From Lingula anatina (taxonomy: Eukaryota > Animalia > Brachiopoda): 64,000 bases of DNA. The notes under the pieces are model-generated. The model saw only the letters and a list, made by a program, of their open reading frames with translations. It ran no database searches and was not told the DNA's origin. The stretch is taken from contig CM120645.1 of the NCBI GenBank assembly GCA_051362555.1, positions 14,074,001-14,138,000 of the forward strand, read 5' to 3'. The position numbers and the translations under genes are program-made. Of the stretch, positions 13,821-27,394 are shown in pieces (positions within the stretch are counted from its first letter, which is position 1; the number at the start of each line of letters is the position of its first letter).

Positions 13821-16589
13821 TTATTATTATTTTGTAAATTGCTGTTATATATTTTTTGTTTTTTATTTGTATAAATGTATATGTGTAGGGACTAGTTCTG
13901 AGTTTGGTACTTGACAAATGTGTGACCTATTTGCTCTGAAAAATTGTACAGAATGGCAAACAAAAGGTCAATACACTGTCTCTTAGAATATATAACAATG
14001 ACATTAACTCCACACCTGCATTAATAAGAGGATGTCACACATGCAGACTTTACCTGTGTATAAATGTGAATAATGTACGCAGAAGTGGTTCACTGGTCTA
14101 TGGCATTTGTTTAGAGAATTACAGTATAAGATTCGTGATGTTCTTGTCGGATCTGTGGGAAAAATGAAATTTCAGACATTTTCTAAAGAACTGTTCAATT
14201 TTTTTCACTAGTTAGCTATTGACCTCTTCTTTGCATAAACAAATTTTGTCAGCTCTTAATTTGTCTCCACACTGCACTGGATCGCTAGTCTGACATTTAT
14301 AATGGCTGACCCTTTTTTGCTCCAGATCACACAATTTCTTGCTGATTCAAGACTTATTTATGAGATTTTGGGCTGTCACAAGTGATGGCCAGATTATTGT
14401 AGTCTAACAGTTAGGGATGAGACTGCCATTTAATGAAAAAAGTCTGAAAATATGACATGGGGCCACCTGCATCAATCTCAATAGTAATATTTTTGGCTCA
14501 CAAAAGTCAGAAATCTGCCAATAGTCATATAAATTACATCACTGAACAGTACAATGAACCCAATTATACATGGACTATTTTTATAATTGTATAAAGAAAG
14601 CAGAAATGATATATAGAATATATATTATCATTATATATTTTAAAAACCTTACTGTAGCTAGTGCATTTATTCACCACATGCCATGGCAGAAAATTGCAGG
14701 GCTGAATATGAAAGACATTTACTGGTATATCACTACCCTTTTTCATTTAGCTTTATCATTAGGGTGAAGAATATTATTGTCCCATTTATTCATGAATCAA
14801 TACAAAAAAATTTGACAGATAAAATGGCCTCTGAAATTACACGCAGGAGAAACTGACAGCTTTTTATTGTTGTTCGTGATCAGTATAGTATTGTAGAGTA
14901 ATGGTGTTTTTGCTTATTCCTTATCCTGTGCAGATGAAAACCCAGTTTGTCTTCAAACTTCATTTTGGTTATGATGAAAGAGTTGCTTATGTATTAACTA
15001 CGTATGCTACTGGCCAGATCATACCTGAACTAAAAACACTGCTGTCTATACAGTGTTAGAATTAAATCACTGACATGTTACCAAACAATCTCTTTTGACT
15101 GTTTGGGTAATTTGAGATGCACAAGAGATTTAAAAATTACAAAACAGTCAAAAGTTGAAGCTTTTACACAACTTAAATATTATATCAAGGTTACTTTCTG
15201 ATTACTTAAAAATGAAAATCCAATGCACAGTTCCAAAGCATACATGTAACACGTACATCATCAACATCACATACATTTTGTACATTATTTTGCCAATGTA
15301 AGTCAAAAAATTTACTTATTATCATCAATAATGATTAACATGAAAGCACTAGTAATATATAAGGATTACAAATTCCCTCATGTACTTGTATATCTCTGTA
15401 TTACTGTGTTTGTTGTGATAGTACGTTGCCTCTGGTGGCCAGGTTTTTCACTGGATCTCAAACTTGTTTATCATAATTGAACCACACCTGTAAAAATGAG
15501 GGTCTTTTTGTGACAATGGCAAATGTACAAGCAATTCTTTCATCCCTGTTACTCTACCATACATGTGCATATACCAGTGTCTCTCAATTGTTTTACATAT
15601 GCAAATATAAAAAGAAAACATATCGGGAATACCAGTATTCAGTGGCGGATTTTCAGTTTCTGAAATATACCGGTACATATATCACACCAATATTCCCCGC
15701 TTGAAATTAAAATTTTGATTAGCTAAATCATAGTTCTAAACTGTACCAAAGGGCACTAGCTGTTTGCCCTCCAAAAAAAACAAAAAAAATTTGGGGCCTT
15801 TGAGCAAACCCCCAACCCCACACAAGGGGGGACGATGGTTGGCTTCGCATCCGAGACCTGTCATTCTGAACCCCCTTCAAATAATCCTGGATCCGCCCTG
15901 AGTAGTATTTATCCCCCATGCAAAACCCTGGATCTGCATTGAAAAGTCAAGAATCGTCAAAGTTTGTGCCAGTGGAAAATCTGTCATTTCTTTGCAGTCA
16001 GTGCTTATATGTACTTATATGTTTCCTGTCTGTGGCTCTGTTCACAGCCAAGTTGATCCGCTGACTAACTGAGCCTAAGATCAAATATGGCACTCACTTG
16101 AAGACATATCCAATAATCCCCTAATAAATTCCCCACCTCCCATGTGTACCTTCCTTGTAGGAGCAGAGCAATGGATCGAGTTGCACTGCATATTTGATCT
16201 ATGGCTCAGTTAGTTCACTAATCAACTTAGTTGTGAACAAAGCCTTTGCGTCCTTCATACTACAATGAAATGGTATCTTATAAATGTTTTTCTCATTATT
16301 ACCTATTCAGCCCGTCCAGGTGAAGCTAGATATGATGCAGTGTCCTCATTGTTCTGTGCCTGTAAGTTTACCAGCATGCTGTGTATATATAGAGGGTCCC
16401 ATTGGGTGTTTTATTTACTCTTGAAGACCACGTTTTATTTCCCCTAGATGCATGAAACGGCATGATCTGTGAAGCACCCCATTCCAATGACTCTTCATTG
16501 TGGCTTTTTATTCTTTACCTTTCGAAACGAAGGGATTACTTCTATTGTCAGTGAAATGAGAACAAAGTTTTATTTACTGTTATTTATTT

Positions 16590-16642
<53 letters not shown>

Positions 16643-19600
16643 TGTGTATATACATGCTGTGATGACTGGAAATCTGCTTCTATTGTATTATAATGAGTGT
16701 GCCTCTGCTAAAAGAGTTGAGTTTCCAATTATCTCTGAAACTCCGGGTATAATACTAGTCCCTCACCCTACTAGTACCGGTATGTACATGGTACACGTAT
16801 GGTTTACTGTATGCATTATATTGAATTTCATGTATTTGCACATGTGATATTATTGACTTGACAGTGAAACATTCAATTTCCTGATCGTATTTATGAGATT
16901 TTTTTTCACACTCCGTTACTCTGAAATCATTAGCTGAGATGTAATTACAAAGGTGCCTATAAATAAGGGCATTAATTTTGACATTGTCAGGAAATCTTCT
17001 TGCAAGGTCAGTCAAGTTGCATATTGTGGCATATGTAAAATAGACATGATAAACCTTCTGGTACCGGTATGTACAAAACTAAGGCTGTGTTCACATGAAA
17101 AATCTATTTTCTAAAAATCTATTTGCGGTATCTTGTGATCACGGTCTGTGCCCTGAATACCCGGCAGCGTAATTACCGGCAGCGACGAGAATTAATTATT
17201 ACAGCTTTGGAAGCAACTGGCTAGCGCTGCCCGTATTTATGCCGTGGGGTATTCAGGGCACAGACCGTGATCACAAGATACTACAAATAGATTTTTAGAT
17301 TTTTAGAAAATAGATTTTTCATGTGAACGCAGCCTAAAACAATCATGTATTTTTCTTCCTGCAGTTTCGAGACAAAAGTCAGTGATAATATAATCCCACC
17401 TGTATCCATGCATCTTTGGGTTCATGAGTCCTTAGGTCTTTGAGGATGTGCATGGACACGTCGGACTTCAGTGCAATTGGGGGTTGAGTTGTCCCTGGGG
17501 GGGAGGGGGGGGGAGAGATTGATTGCTATAAATTCTTTTCATGTTGTGATTTCTGCTAACTCTTCCTAGTCACTTTTAATCAAAAAGTTCAGTATTTGGT
17601 ATTGGCAGACCTATCATGACATATATGTACATGGGGCCTTTAACTTCAACTACAGTGTATCTCCTCCTAGGCCATTAGAGTGAGGAAGTCAAAACTTTTT
17701 GGGATTAATAGACCTTTTATCAGGCATGTGGATGGGCCAGTCAGTTATGTGGGCATTGGGGCTGTGTTGTCCCAGGGGGGTAGGAGGGGTGGATTATCCT
17801 TTTTTATTTTTTTTTATTTATTATTATTTTTTTTTTTTTTGCTGATCCTTTTTATGCAGTTACAATGAAGATTATTTGCAACAATTTTACAAATTGGACC
17901 CAGGCATTGTCATACAGGTATACTGCCATAGATATCTAGGGAATGGGGCCCCTGAGGGTGAGCTACCCTTTCAGTGTGGGAAAGTGCAGGGACATTCCAT
18001 GGCTACCTATCGACAATATCTAGTTATCATTTGGAATTTCTCTAAATTGCTTTAAATTGTTTTCCTTCAAATTGTTTTGAATTTTTTTTTTTTTTTTTTT
18101 TTTTTGGAAAAAAACTTCAATTATTCATGAAATTTATTTCAATATTTTCTAAAAAGAACTTCGAAAAATATCTGACATAAGGTTGGAAGTATGTTATGTA
18201 CAGTTTGCATGCCCTTATGGATAGTGTTAGTTCTGAGTGTCTTTTATTGATTTGCTGTCACCATTATTTTACATTATCAATCACATACAATATGTACTTC
18301 AACCCCACCCCCCCTTCATTAAGCAAACATGGGTTTTCAAGGGCAATTAATTGTTTTCTTTCATAAATTTGGCTTGCCTGGAGAGTCCATTGAAAAGGTC
18401 ACAAAAATCATATATAAGAGTGTAAGGTAATGCCCCAATCTTTTCAATGGGCAAAAATTAACAAACTTTCAGATACATCATTTTAAATTCATTAAAATTA
18501 TATTTTTGTATAGCATTTGTGGTGCTTTTAAAGCATAGAGTAGAACTACAAGGTAGTCTGCTTTTTAATTTTGAAGCAACCACTCAATAGAAATGCTCTT
18601 TTTTGAAGAAAGGATGACTTAAAAAATACAGTATCTGTAAAATTCACAATTTTCCTCCATTGAAAAGATCAAGTCATTACGGTAATTGGATTTGTGAAAC
18701 AGTAGTTTGGAGCTGGTTGAGGTGGGCTCATCCATGCTTCCACACTCATTTCATTTCTGGTATCACCCATTTTAGATTATTAAATTGACTGTCTGATGAA
18801 AATGATTTGACTGCTTTTGAAAAGACTGACTTGATCAGCACCTGGCCATTAATGATGTTTCCCTGAGAATGAATACAATGGGAACCAAACAGCTAATTGT
18901 ATTTCTAAGACTTACTGGTACTTACTAGCTATTGAGCTAACAAGTTTGGGTTCCATTTTGTGTGTGTGTGATAGTGATTGACATTTTTTTCTTGACACTG
19001 TGTTTGCATTATCTAATGTCTTCATTTGAAAAAAATCTATAGTCAGCTTAATTTTTAAAAAATATTTTCTTTACCTAATACATGCAATATTACCACACAT
19101 TGTATACTTGTAGTAGTTCTATATACTATGTATTACATTAAAAAAAATATTTTATTTAAAATTACAGCAAAACTGAACTTCTATTATGGAACTGATGAAT
19201 CAAAAAGATGTACAAATAACTAATCATCAAATCATCCAACAAGTACATTTTACACATTTGTCATAAAATGTACAGTATTTCATGCTACTTATTTTCATTT
19301 TCTAATTCAGTAAGTTTGGTTCTGACAAGTATTTTATTTGATTAAGAACCAAATGAGAGATGGGTCATAGTAACAAACAAAAATAGTTTGTTCCGTAATG
19401 ACTAACATTCACTTTTAAATGTTCATCTGAAACGTAAACTTGCTTACTTCAGGTTGAGGCAGCCAAATATACAGCTGCAGCAGCAATGGCCGCCCACAGC
19501 GGGGATCCCCAAGCTGCAGCAAGGGCTGTCATGGAAGCTGCTCGCTCTATGCAACATGTGGTAGACACGGAGCCACCGGACCAACATGCGCAACATCATA

Positions 19601-20143
19601 GGAGAGGTGATGCTATCACAGTTTTTTTTATCAAAATATAACTATTTCAGCAATGTAATTTTTAGATTTTAAGCAATCCTTTTTCATACTACTGTAGTTT
19701 TCTGTTCCTTCAAACTTCCCATCTTGAAGAACTTACATTGATTTGTCACACTCAAAAGAGGGTAGGGAATACCCCCCTTAATCAAAATCACCAAGATTAA
19801 AACAGCTCAATCTCGGATCACCAAGATATATTCAGACCAATCACCAATCACCAGGACTTCCTGAATCACATTTCACACAGAATATTGGGTTCAAATAACG
19901 CATCACGCTAAAAAAAAGGCCTATATCATGTTGAAAGCAAAAGGTATTCCCTACCCTCTCAAAAGTGCCTTACTTCCCAAATGTAATTTGTATGTGAGTT
20001 TTATTATGAAGCAATTGAAAACATTTTGGGGATTTTGCCATCTTTTATATTTTATCTCACTTTATAATTTATGGCATTATTAATTCTTTTTTCATTTAAT
20101 GCCTTTAGGTGTGTGCTCCAGATGTACATGTTCTGTCTCCTAG
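12781..20143 (+). CDS. Partial multi-exon gene (5' end not found): predicted membrane-targeted protein with an AKAP-like PKA-RII-binding helix and a C-terminal CaaX motif. Exons 12781-13356, 19453-19606, 20109-20143
   Basis: Splice sites: ttgacttcag|AAT and CAG|gtaaac (576 nt, phase 0); tacttcag|GTT and AGAG|gtgatg (154 nt); ctttag|GT. The frames join and end ...QHHRRGVCSRCTCSVS*. The exons are GC-richer than their flanks. EMNRVASGFVAAVLAGAVAEYIAQE resembles the AKAP7 helix. Confidence 0.72.
13416..13653 (+). mobile_element. Helentron-associated non-autonomous element (HINE/DINE-1-like)
   Basis: Typical layout: ttacc...ggaggttatgttttc, gtctgtctgtttgtttgtc microsatellite, gatctggatc, ccttggcggaggtctgcgctctcagagtgc hairpin, ttctagtt end. 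Confidence 0.8.
16034..16224. mobile_element. Palindromic Harbinger-type MITE
   Basis: TIR ggctctgttcaca / tgtgaacaaagcc. Internal gatccgctgactaa is shared with 5219-5511. Confidence 0.65.
17083..17334. mobile_element. Palindromic PIF/Harbinger MITE
   Basis: About 100-bp inverted arms starting ggctgtgttcacatgaaaaatctattttctaaaaatcta, with TAA TSD on both sides. Confidence 0.88.
17400..18000. mobile_element. Interspersed repeat with internal subrepeats (HINE-like); related inverted copy at ~29810-30590
   Basis: gatatctagggaatggggcccctgagggtgagctac at ~17931 matches the reverse complement of gtagcttaccctcagggaccccacgcccttgatatc at ~30042. Confidence 0.5.
18424..18683. mobile_element. TIR MITE; related copy at ~4550-4808
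   Basis: Inverted ends gtaatgccccaatcttttcaatgg / ccattgaaaagatcaagtcattac. Shared core agtctgctttt...accactcaa...gtaaaattcacaattt. Confidence 0.6.
19758..19958. mobile_element. MITE with 16-bp TIR and 6-bp TSD
   Basis: gagggtagggaatacc ... ggtattccctaccctc, with tcaaaa on both sides. Confidence 0.8.
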
Positions 20144-20617
20144 CAGCTGGTTTCCATGGCTGCACAACATGGCTCTGTCTCCTAGCGGCTGGTTTCCATG
20201 GTGACACTATGTCTAGGAGCACCCTAGACATTTGTTTAATGGACACCTTCAACAAACTGCTCTCTGTCAGCATTTTACTGCTGTCAACAAGAGACTGCCC
20301 TTTTCAGATGGATAAAACAGTTTTATGGCTTTTAAGCCCAACCATCAAGACTGATGTCATGGTAACAAATCATAAAATGCATTCACACAGTGTCCCTGTA
20401 GGATTTGTTACTGTACTGGCACTTGTTATGGTTATGGCAGACAAAGGACAAACATAATGACAAGGCTCTGTTCACAGACAGTGGAGTGGCTCACTGAGAT
20501 TGAAGAAATTACAATTTATGTAGATGATCAAGCTGACATGCTATGTGTGCACATACATTTCACATGTAATCGGGAAGAAACCCATTGTACTACTGCCGGC
20601 TGAAATGAACAGTGGTT

Positions 20618-20651
<34 letters not shown>

Positions 20652-22166
20652 AAGAATACAATGTCCCGATTATGTCAAAGATCATCTTAACATACTGATA
20701 TATGTTGGTTACATTACATTTCTTAAAGAAAATTGGAGAGCATACGAAGTTCAGTACATCTCCTATATACATACTGCAGAACACCACATCATTTTAATTT
20801 CAGTGTTTACACTTAGTTATACAGTATTCAAGGGATATAAACATTGTAAACCTTCTGCTGAATACAGCCAGGTTTCATTAAATATTAATAGTATTGATTT
20901 ATCAAGCTGAATTATTAATCTGTTAATATCCATATGTGGATCCAGGGGGTGTGGTGCCTCCTCCCAATAGGAGGTGATGCCTCCTCCCACCAGAGGGTGG
21001 TGCCTCCTCCAAATAGGGTGTGGTGCATCCTCCCACTAAAGGGTGGTGCATCCTCCCGACCCAAAACAATTCAGTAGATTCAGCCCACTTACTTCCATTC
21101 TTTTTCATTTCCCAAAAGGGGCAAGAATACAAGAAAGGCCAACAGAGAAGGCTTTCAGTTGAATCAATATGCTGTCAAACACACTATTTTCTTTTCATTT
21201 TACTGTGGTCGGTTGGGGGGGGGGGGACTAAGAAATTGTTCCCATCTCCTTTCTTGATATCCTGTAATTGTTTTGTGTATTCCACTAGGACTGCGTTCTT
21301 TGTATGTTATACATATATATATGTTGTAAGATGTCAGATCTCTAACCTTAATTTATGTTTTATTTTTACATTACATCTGATGGACGATAAATGAATATAA
21401 CGGCATCGCAGTGAGGTTTTACAATTGTAAGTTTACCTAATGAGTTCTCAACTTAAACCTCTCGTCTGCCACCTGGGAGCTTCGATGCCAATTTCTGTTG
21501 ATTAATTCCTTTGTGAGATATGAACAGTATATCCAACAAACTAAATGGGCAACGGTTGTTATCTGATATATGAAAATGGCATTTGCCATAATTATACCGT
21601 GTTCATAATGCTGTCAGCACAGATTACCTTCTCAGCTGTTTCCTGCAATGACTTCAACGCACTTGCAAACATTTTGTAAAACTGAGCCTTTTTTTCTGTT
21701 GTGAAAAATATATTGATATTCAGGAACAAAACGTTATTCTTCGTATTTTTATTGTTAATTTGATCTTGTTTAATGTTTTTGGACCCGATAGTCAAAGTTC
21801 GACAATTTATGTTTGTTCACGTATATACTTTTCCATGAAACGCAATTTTCAGATCAGAACAAGTACAAGCTCGTGTTATAAAATCAAGATGTTTAATGGA
21901 AAACGAAATGTTAATTCACAGATATGTCTCTAGCTAGATAGATGGTCATTTTGGGCTGAAGTCACCCTGTTGAGGAATCCCATGTGGAAACAATTATCTC
22001 TGCGCGCGCGCCAAAGGCTTTGTACTTGCTCTGCATGAGCTGAGCTTCACAACGATGTGATAACTGCTCGTTACGCAACCAGTCTAAGGCTTTTTTTATC
22101 TGTCACAGAAGAGCAAGTGATTGAAGTCAGAGCAATTAACTGTCTTGATTGCTGTCACGCAGACTT

Positions 22167-24217
22167 AGACTGGACCTGCTAAGTGGCAGTGCCTGAGCAG
22201 TTATGCAAACAATTACCAGCCATGTAATCAGCCTTGAGATTTCTCAAAAGAGTGACTTCAGCTCAAAGTGGCACAAATGTTCTTTGGACTATGCTGATCA
22301 TTTTCAAGGGCAGTGCCCAAAATTTCAAAGCGTTGCTTAGCAACCGTTGCTAAGGAAGTGATTTACCTTAGTAACAAGCTAATTGGACCTTTCTTGTTCA
22401 GATTAAATTATTTAAAAAGGCTTTTAATAATGTTTCAAACCATCAGAACTATCACTATACTATTTTAAGACATTAAAAACCCAAGTAAACCATTGCAACA
22501 GTTGCTAGGCAGCATATTACCCTAGCAACAAGTATTTAACATGCTGAATTAGCCCAGACAGTTAGTGTTAAGGTTGATTTTTTTTTTTTTTGAGTTCCTC
22601 TAGACAGAGGGGATTTCAAATGTCATTTATAATATCATTGATGTAAAAAAACCAAAATCATTTTTACACCATCTTTTATGGAAAATAGTTTTTTAATTTC
22701 TTTCAATTTTTGAGTTTTGACATAATGGTTGTGATAAGATTTCATCTGGAGTTAAATTGAAATTTTCCTGAATTTCACTCAAAGAACCAATAATCTTTGC
22801 CAAAAGGGATAAGAAGTTGCTTTTAGTATTTTTAATCCACCTTTTGTTACTACCGATTCCTGACATTTCGCCGAGAAAAACGCTCTCCACTTACTCTTAT
22901 TTTCTTCATAAAGAAGTCTTTTAAGCCATGTAAAGTTTAGGGCCTTGGTAAAATTTTTATTTGCGGTACCTTTACCGTCCATTTTTGTAATCAGACGCCA
23001 TCCTTGCTCATTTTATTTTGTATCTTTTTCCATTCCTGATAAAGTTAAATATGATATGCATATTTTAAGTATTGGGGGGGGGGGGGGGGGGGCTGGTAGG
23101 AGAGTTAATACATGCCCTACGTAAGATGAGAAATACTAAAGGTTTAACCAGTGTTGACTTTCCTATAATTGAAAGGTTTCTCATAGACCAGATTTCCAAG
23201 ATATTTTTCATTTTGTTCAATATTTTCTAAAAAGTTTTTTCACATTGTATTTTGTCAGTTTCTATTCTCTACCAAGTAACTTAAATACACCTGCATGGTT
23301 CTATTTTAATTCTATTTGTTAATCAATGAAGTTCAAAAGTTTCTGTTCACACCCAAAGGCCGTTAGATGCCATATCGTACTTCCACCAAGGCTGCTCTAC
23401 AACAATATAAGAGTATTCTTGCGAGATGAACATATCTGAATCAGCACTACGGTGCCATGTCATCAGATACCATGTGCTCACTCTGGTTGGACTTTTGCGG
23501 AACAGTGGGCCTAAGTGGACACATTTGCCAGAAGCTATTGACCTGTCCAGAGTTGCTCCAGTGTGCATGTAGGTGCAGATGTAGAGGCTGACAATGTGCA
23601 AGGGCAAAATGCACTGTATATTGCACATACAAGGGAGAATTAACTATTATTATTATTATTAACTATTGCAAAGTTTTATAAAGAGTCATAAGGTGATAAA
23701 AGCATGGAAATGGCTGGTTACTAATTTTGAACATGCTGCCTCAAGTATCTACACTAGCAATTTATTTGATCGGATATGTGTAAACACACAATTGGTTCAA
23801 CTTACTGGATTAAAAGTATGAACATCTTGCTCAAAAGTGTAGTTCTTAGCTAGTATTATAGATTTGCCTTACTTAATAGACTAACGCAACTTTAAATGCT
23901 TGTTGCTAGGATAATATGCTGCCTAGCAATCGTGGCTAAGGTTAATTTGGGTTTTAATTGCCTTAAAATAGTCTAGTGATAGTTCTGATGCCCTGAAACA
24001 TAGTTATTAGCATTTCTAAACCATTTAAACTGGACAAGAAAGGTCTAATTAGCTTGTTACTAAGGAAATTCACTTCCATAGCAACGGTTGCTAAGCAACG
24101 CTTTGAAATTTTGGGCACTGCCCTTGAAAATGATCAGCATAGACCAAAGAACATTTGTGCCAAGTTTCATGCTTTTTCCACATTTTGAGCAATTTGGCCA
24201 AAATATAGCACCAGTCA
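22167..24217. mobile_element. Long-TIR non-autonomous DNA element (Academ-like) with arms at ~22270-22545 and ~23890-24160
   Basis: About 270-bp inverted repeat (gcacaaatgttctttgg...gggcagtgcccaaaatttcaaagcgttgcttagcaacc). Outer ends tagactgg / ccagtca. The superfamily call is tentative. Confidence 0.6.
22600..23345 (-). mobile_element. Decayed L1/Tx1 LINE ORF2 fragment
   Basis: Minus-strand peptides ILEIWSMRNLSIIGKSTLVKPL and NFTKALNFTWLKRLLYEENKSKW match the post-RT region of L1/Tx1; frameshifts present. Confidence 0.65.
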
Positions 24218-26013
24218 TCCAGACTAAAATTCAGTCCGACCTGTACAAATGTAGCAAGCACGTTTCGTTGGCGCCAACTTCCCCACCCAGCAAACTGTAT
24301 ATCCTTGTTAATATTTAAAAATTCAAGCGAACCTGTCGCCTGCTTCTTGCCATACCTACTGCTACTGCTGGAGTGTCTCGATAATCCGAAGATTAATTTG
24401 TCCGAAAAATCGTTTGTAGGCGCATCTGATGGACTTTCCTTAGCTGCCAGTAAACTATACACTTTATATTCATGCATTCGAAACTTTGAACCAAGAACCT
24501 TGGGACTATTGTTACGGCCACGCCATGAAACAGTACGGGTGGATATAAATATATATAGGGATTTTGTCACGGGGAGCCACAATGTAATTACTTCGTTTGG
24601 TGGGGCTCATATACATTATTAGACGAGGGCAGGTTTTACTGAAATACGTACAATAATGTTAGACATGTTACAGAGAGAGGGGCACACGACAGGGACACGT
24701 GACAGGGGCGTGTGCCCGTAGTTCCGTCCCACGGTTCCTCCATTGCTGACATGTCCAAAACGGGAAACTTTGTGTACATTGCAAAATGCATTACTGATGC
24801 TAAAGTATTTTGTTGTAAATTTATATGTTCAAAGGTATCAAATAAACACACACCACTTTGACCGTTCAGCGTAAATATTTTTGATATCGACCACAAAATA
24901 TTTTCAAGGGTATGAATCGTACTACATGTACTATAATAACCCGGTTTATTCTGTATCTACAATGCCAATTTCTACTATGAAAACCTATTATTTGTAAATC
25001 AGGGATATCTTGAACGCAGATCACCTATCCGCATGCACTTAAAATGTCATTAAACAACTTCCTTGGCAGTTCAGGTTTGACACTTGAATCGGTATTTATC
25101 CACGAATTGATCTGGTCGCTGCCTCATTATTTCCATTCTCGGTGAAGTAATCCAATTCCCCTGGGGCCACTTCCTTGTACTGTACCCAGCCCGTAATGCA
25201 ATTATGTCAGAAAGAATATCTCTACCAAATTTCTGTTATCTTATTAATTGTTGTCATTGAAGGCAATAATGTTTTTTGATTACTAGGTTTACAATAATAA
25301 GTAATAAGAAGAATCGGGTTGGAGAGAGGGGTGAATTGTCGGATAAAGATTTGTTGTCAGTGGCTTAATTCTGAATTCGTATTTCCCCTGCAATACACAT
25401 CTGGCGTCTAACAATCGTGTATTCTTGGGCAATTTGAGAAAATCCAAGAAGGCCTTCATTTGCGACATGAATATGGGTTTCAACTTCTGCCAGGGAGGTA
25501 CAGTGTCCACAATCAAATATACCTTGTTTCTAAGTATTTTCACGTCCTTTTTACCCCTATGCTATACTGTATACCTAATGCATGAGTAATACAGGTAAAC
25601 CACTGGGTTATTTTAGAGTGTCCAAAATGACCCCCATTGAGCATACGGGCTTCAACATAGTCCTACTGTCAAGGAGTATTTTTGTTCCTTGTCAAATGAA
25701 TTCTGATCATCGGCGTCTTCTTTATTACAACTATGATAAACATCAGGTGGTTAACAAACGTGCCCAACTACTTTATTTTAAGGTGAATCATATCTCCAAC
25801 ACGGCAAGTTTGGTAATATTGTTTTGGATGTGAAACATTAAAACAGTGAGCTTCACTACTGCAACCACTGCCTCCACACTTATATGACGCAGTCATGGTC
25901 ACCAACCAAACTTTAAGTAGAAGTATATATGTTTCTAGGAAACTGGCAAAGTCGTCGTTTCCTTTTGTCAAATAAATCAGATGTTTTACATGAAACGCAA
26001 TGAAATGTTTATA

Positions 26014-27090
26014 TGAATGCACCTGTCCACATGGATTTAATTTTTACAAGCAACTAATTAGTTGAAAGTGCTTGCAGCTGAACAAATTAGCAGCACAAGT
26101 CTGATCTGGCTGTGTTCTGGAGAACTCTTAATTAGTGAATATCTGGCCTCAGTTTACATCTACATATACATTTGTGTCCTTAACTCATATGCTACAGTCA
26201 TTACACAGGCTAAACAAAAAGCAGCAATTATTTCCCAGGCTGTATTACACAGACTAAAGAAAAACAGTATTTTTTTCTCCCTTGTTTGTTTATTTAAGTG
26301 ACATGTGAATGAATTAATTTTTATAGTACTAGTGCATACATTTTTTATGTATAAAACAATTTATTAGGTAAAAAGTGCTGGTCCAGAATGTGAATGTAAC
26401 GCTAATGGTTCAGGTTACCACGCATCAATTCCATTACACCAATTCCGTAGAAACCAATGCACTCCTGAATCATTATTGAACTGAACGGTCTAGCAAGGAA
26501 ATGCATGTTCTTTGGCAGGTAAGAAATGGATGATGTTTTCCATACTCTCACTTGTCTATTCACGTTTTTTACGGTGAATACGGTCTCATCAGAAAATATA
26601 AAATGGCAAAAGTTTTTACCTATTCCCATGCGATGATTCTTGCAACCCCGTGCCATCTTTGTTTGTTTATCAATGTGATAAGTGGTTTTTCCCCTGGCAA
26701 CCTTGGTGTGAATTTCTGAAGCATGTTGCTTTCTTCGAACAGCGACCACTGCAAAGCCGATTCGCTGCGCGGTTCAAATCACCTAAGCCTTGACAGCATA
26801 AAAAGACACCCGGTGTCTCTGTCATTAGTCTTCTTCGGGCGGCCACTTGGTGTTGACTTGTGGGCATCAGCAGTGTCCTCCACCCTTCTGCAAACCCTTT
26901 ATACAATTTGGCCAGATACATCATATCTAGCGGCTCTCACCTGAATGCACCTGTCCACGTGGATTTTATATTTACAAGCAATTCATTAGTTGAAAGTGCT
27001 AGCAGCTAAACAAATTAGCAGCACAAGTCTGATTTTGTTCACGCTGTGTACTGGGGAACTCTTAATTAGTGAATATCTGGCCTCAGTTTA
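26014..27090 (-). mobile_element. Degenerate Tc1 transposon fragment with a duplicated 5' end
   Basis: Minus-strand peptides GRPKKTND (HTH linker) and FIFSDETVF...SIMIQECIGFYGIG. About 155-bp direct repeat at 26014-26170 and 26942-27105. Confidence 0.75.
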
Positions 27091-27394
27091 CCTCTACATA
27101 TACATCAATCTGGCGGCTATCACATGGGGGGTATTTATATTAACCACACTCGGAAAAACAATCCAAACTTCTACAACTCTCTCCCTCCCAGGGTTTAACC
27201 AATTAGTTACAACTAAAAGCAGTACTGTACATGTCAAAACATGTTTGTGTATTATTGCTTTTCCAACAGGCTTGGAGTCATAAAAATAATTTGACTTTCG
27301 CACTTTTTCAAGGAAATTCCCACAAAAGTCAGAGATGGCCTTTGTAGGAAATTCTTCGAAAAATGCCCACATCAGTTGGCAGTGCCACTGTCAG

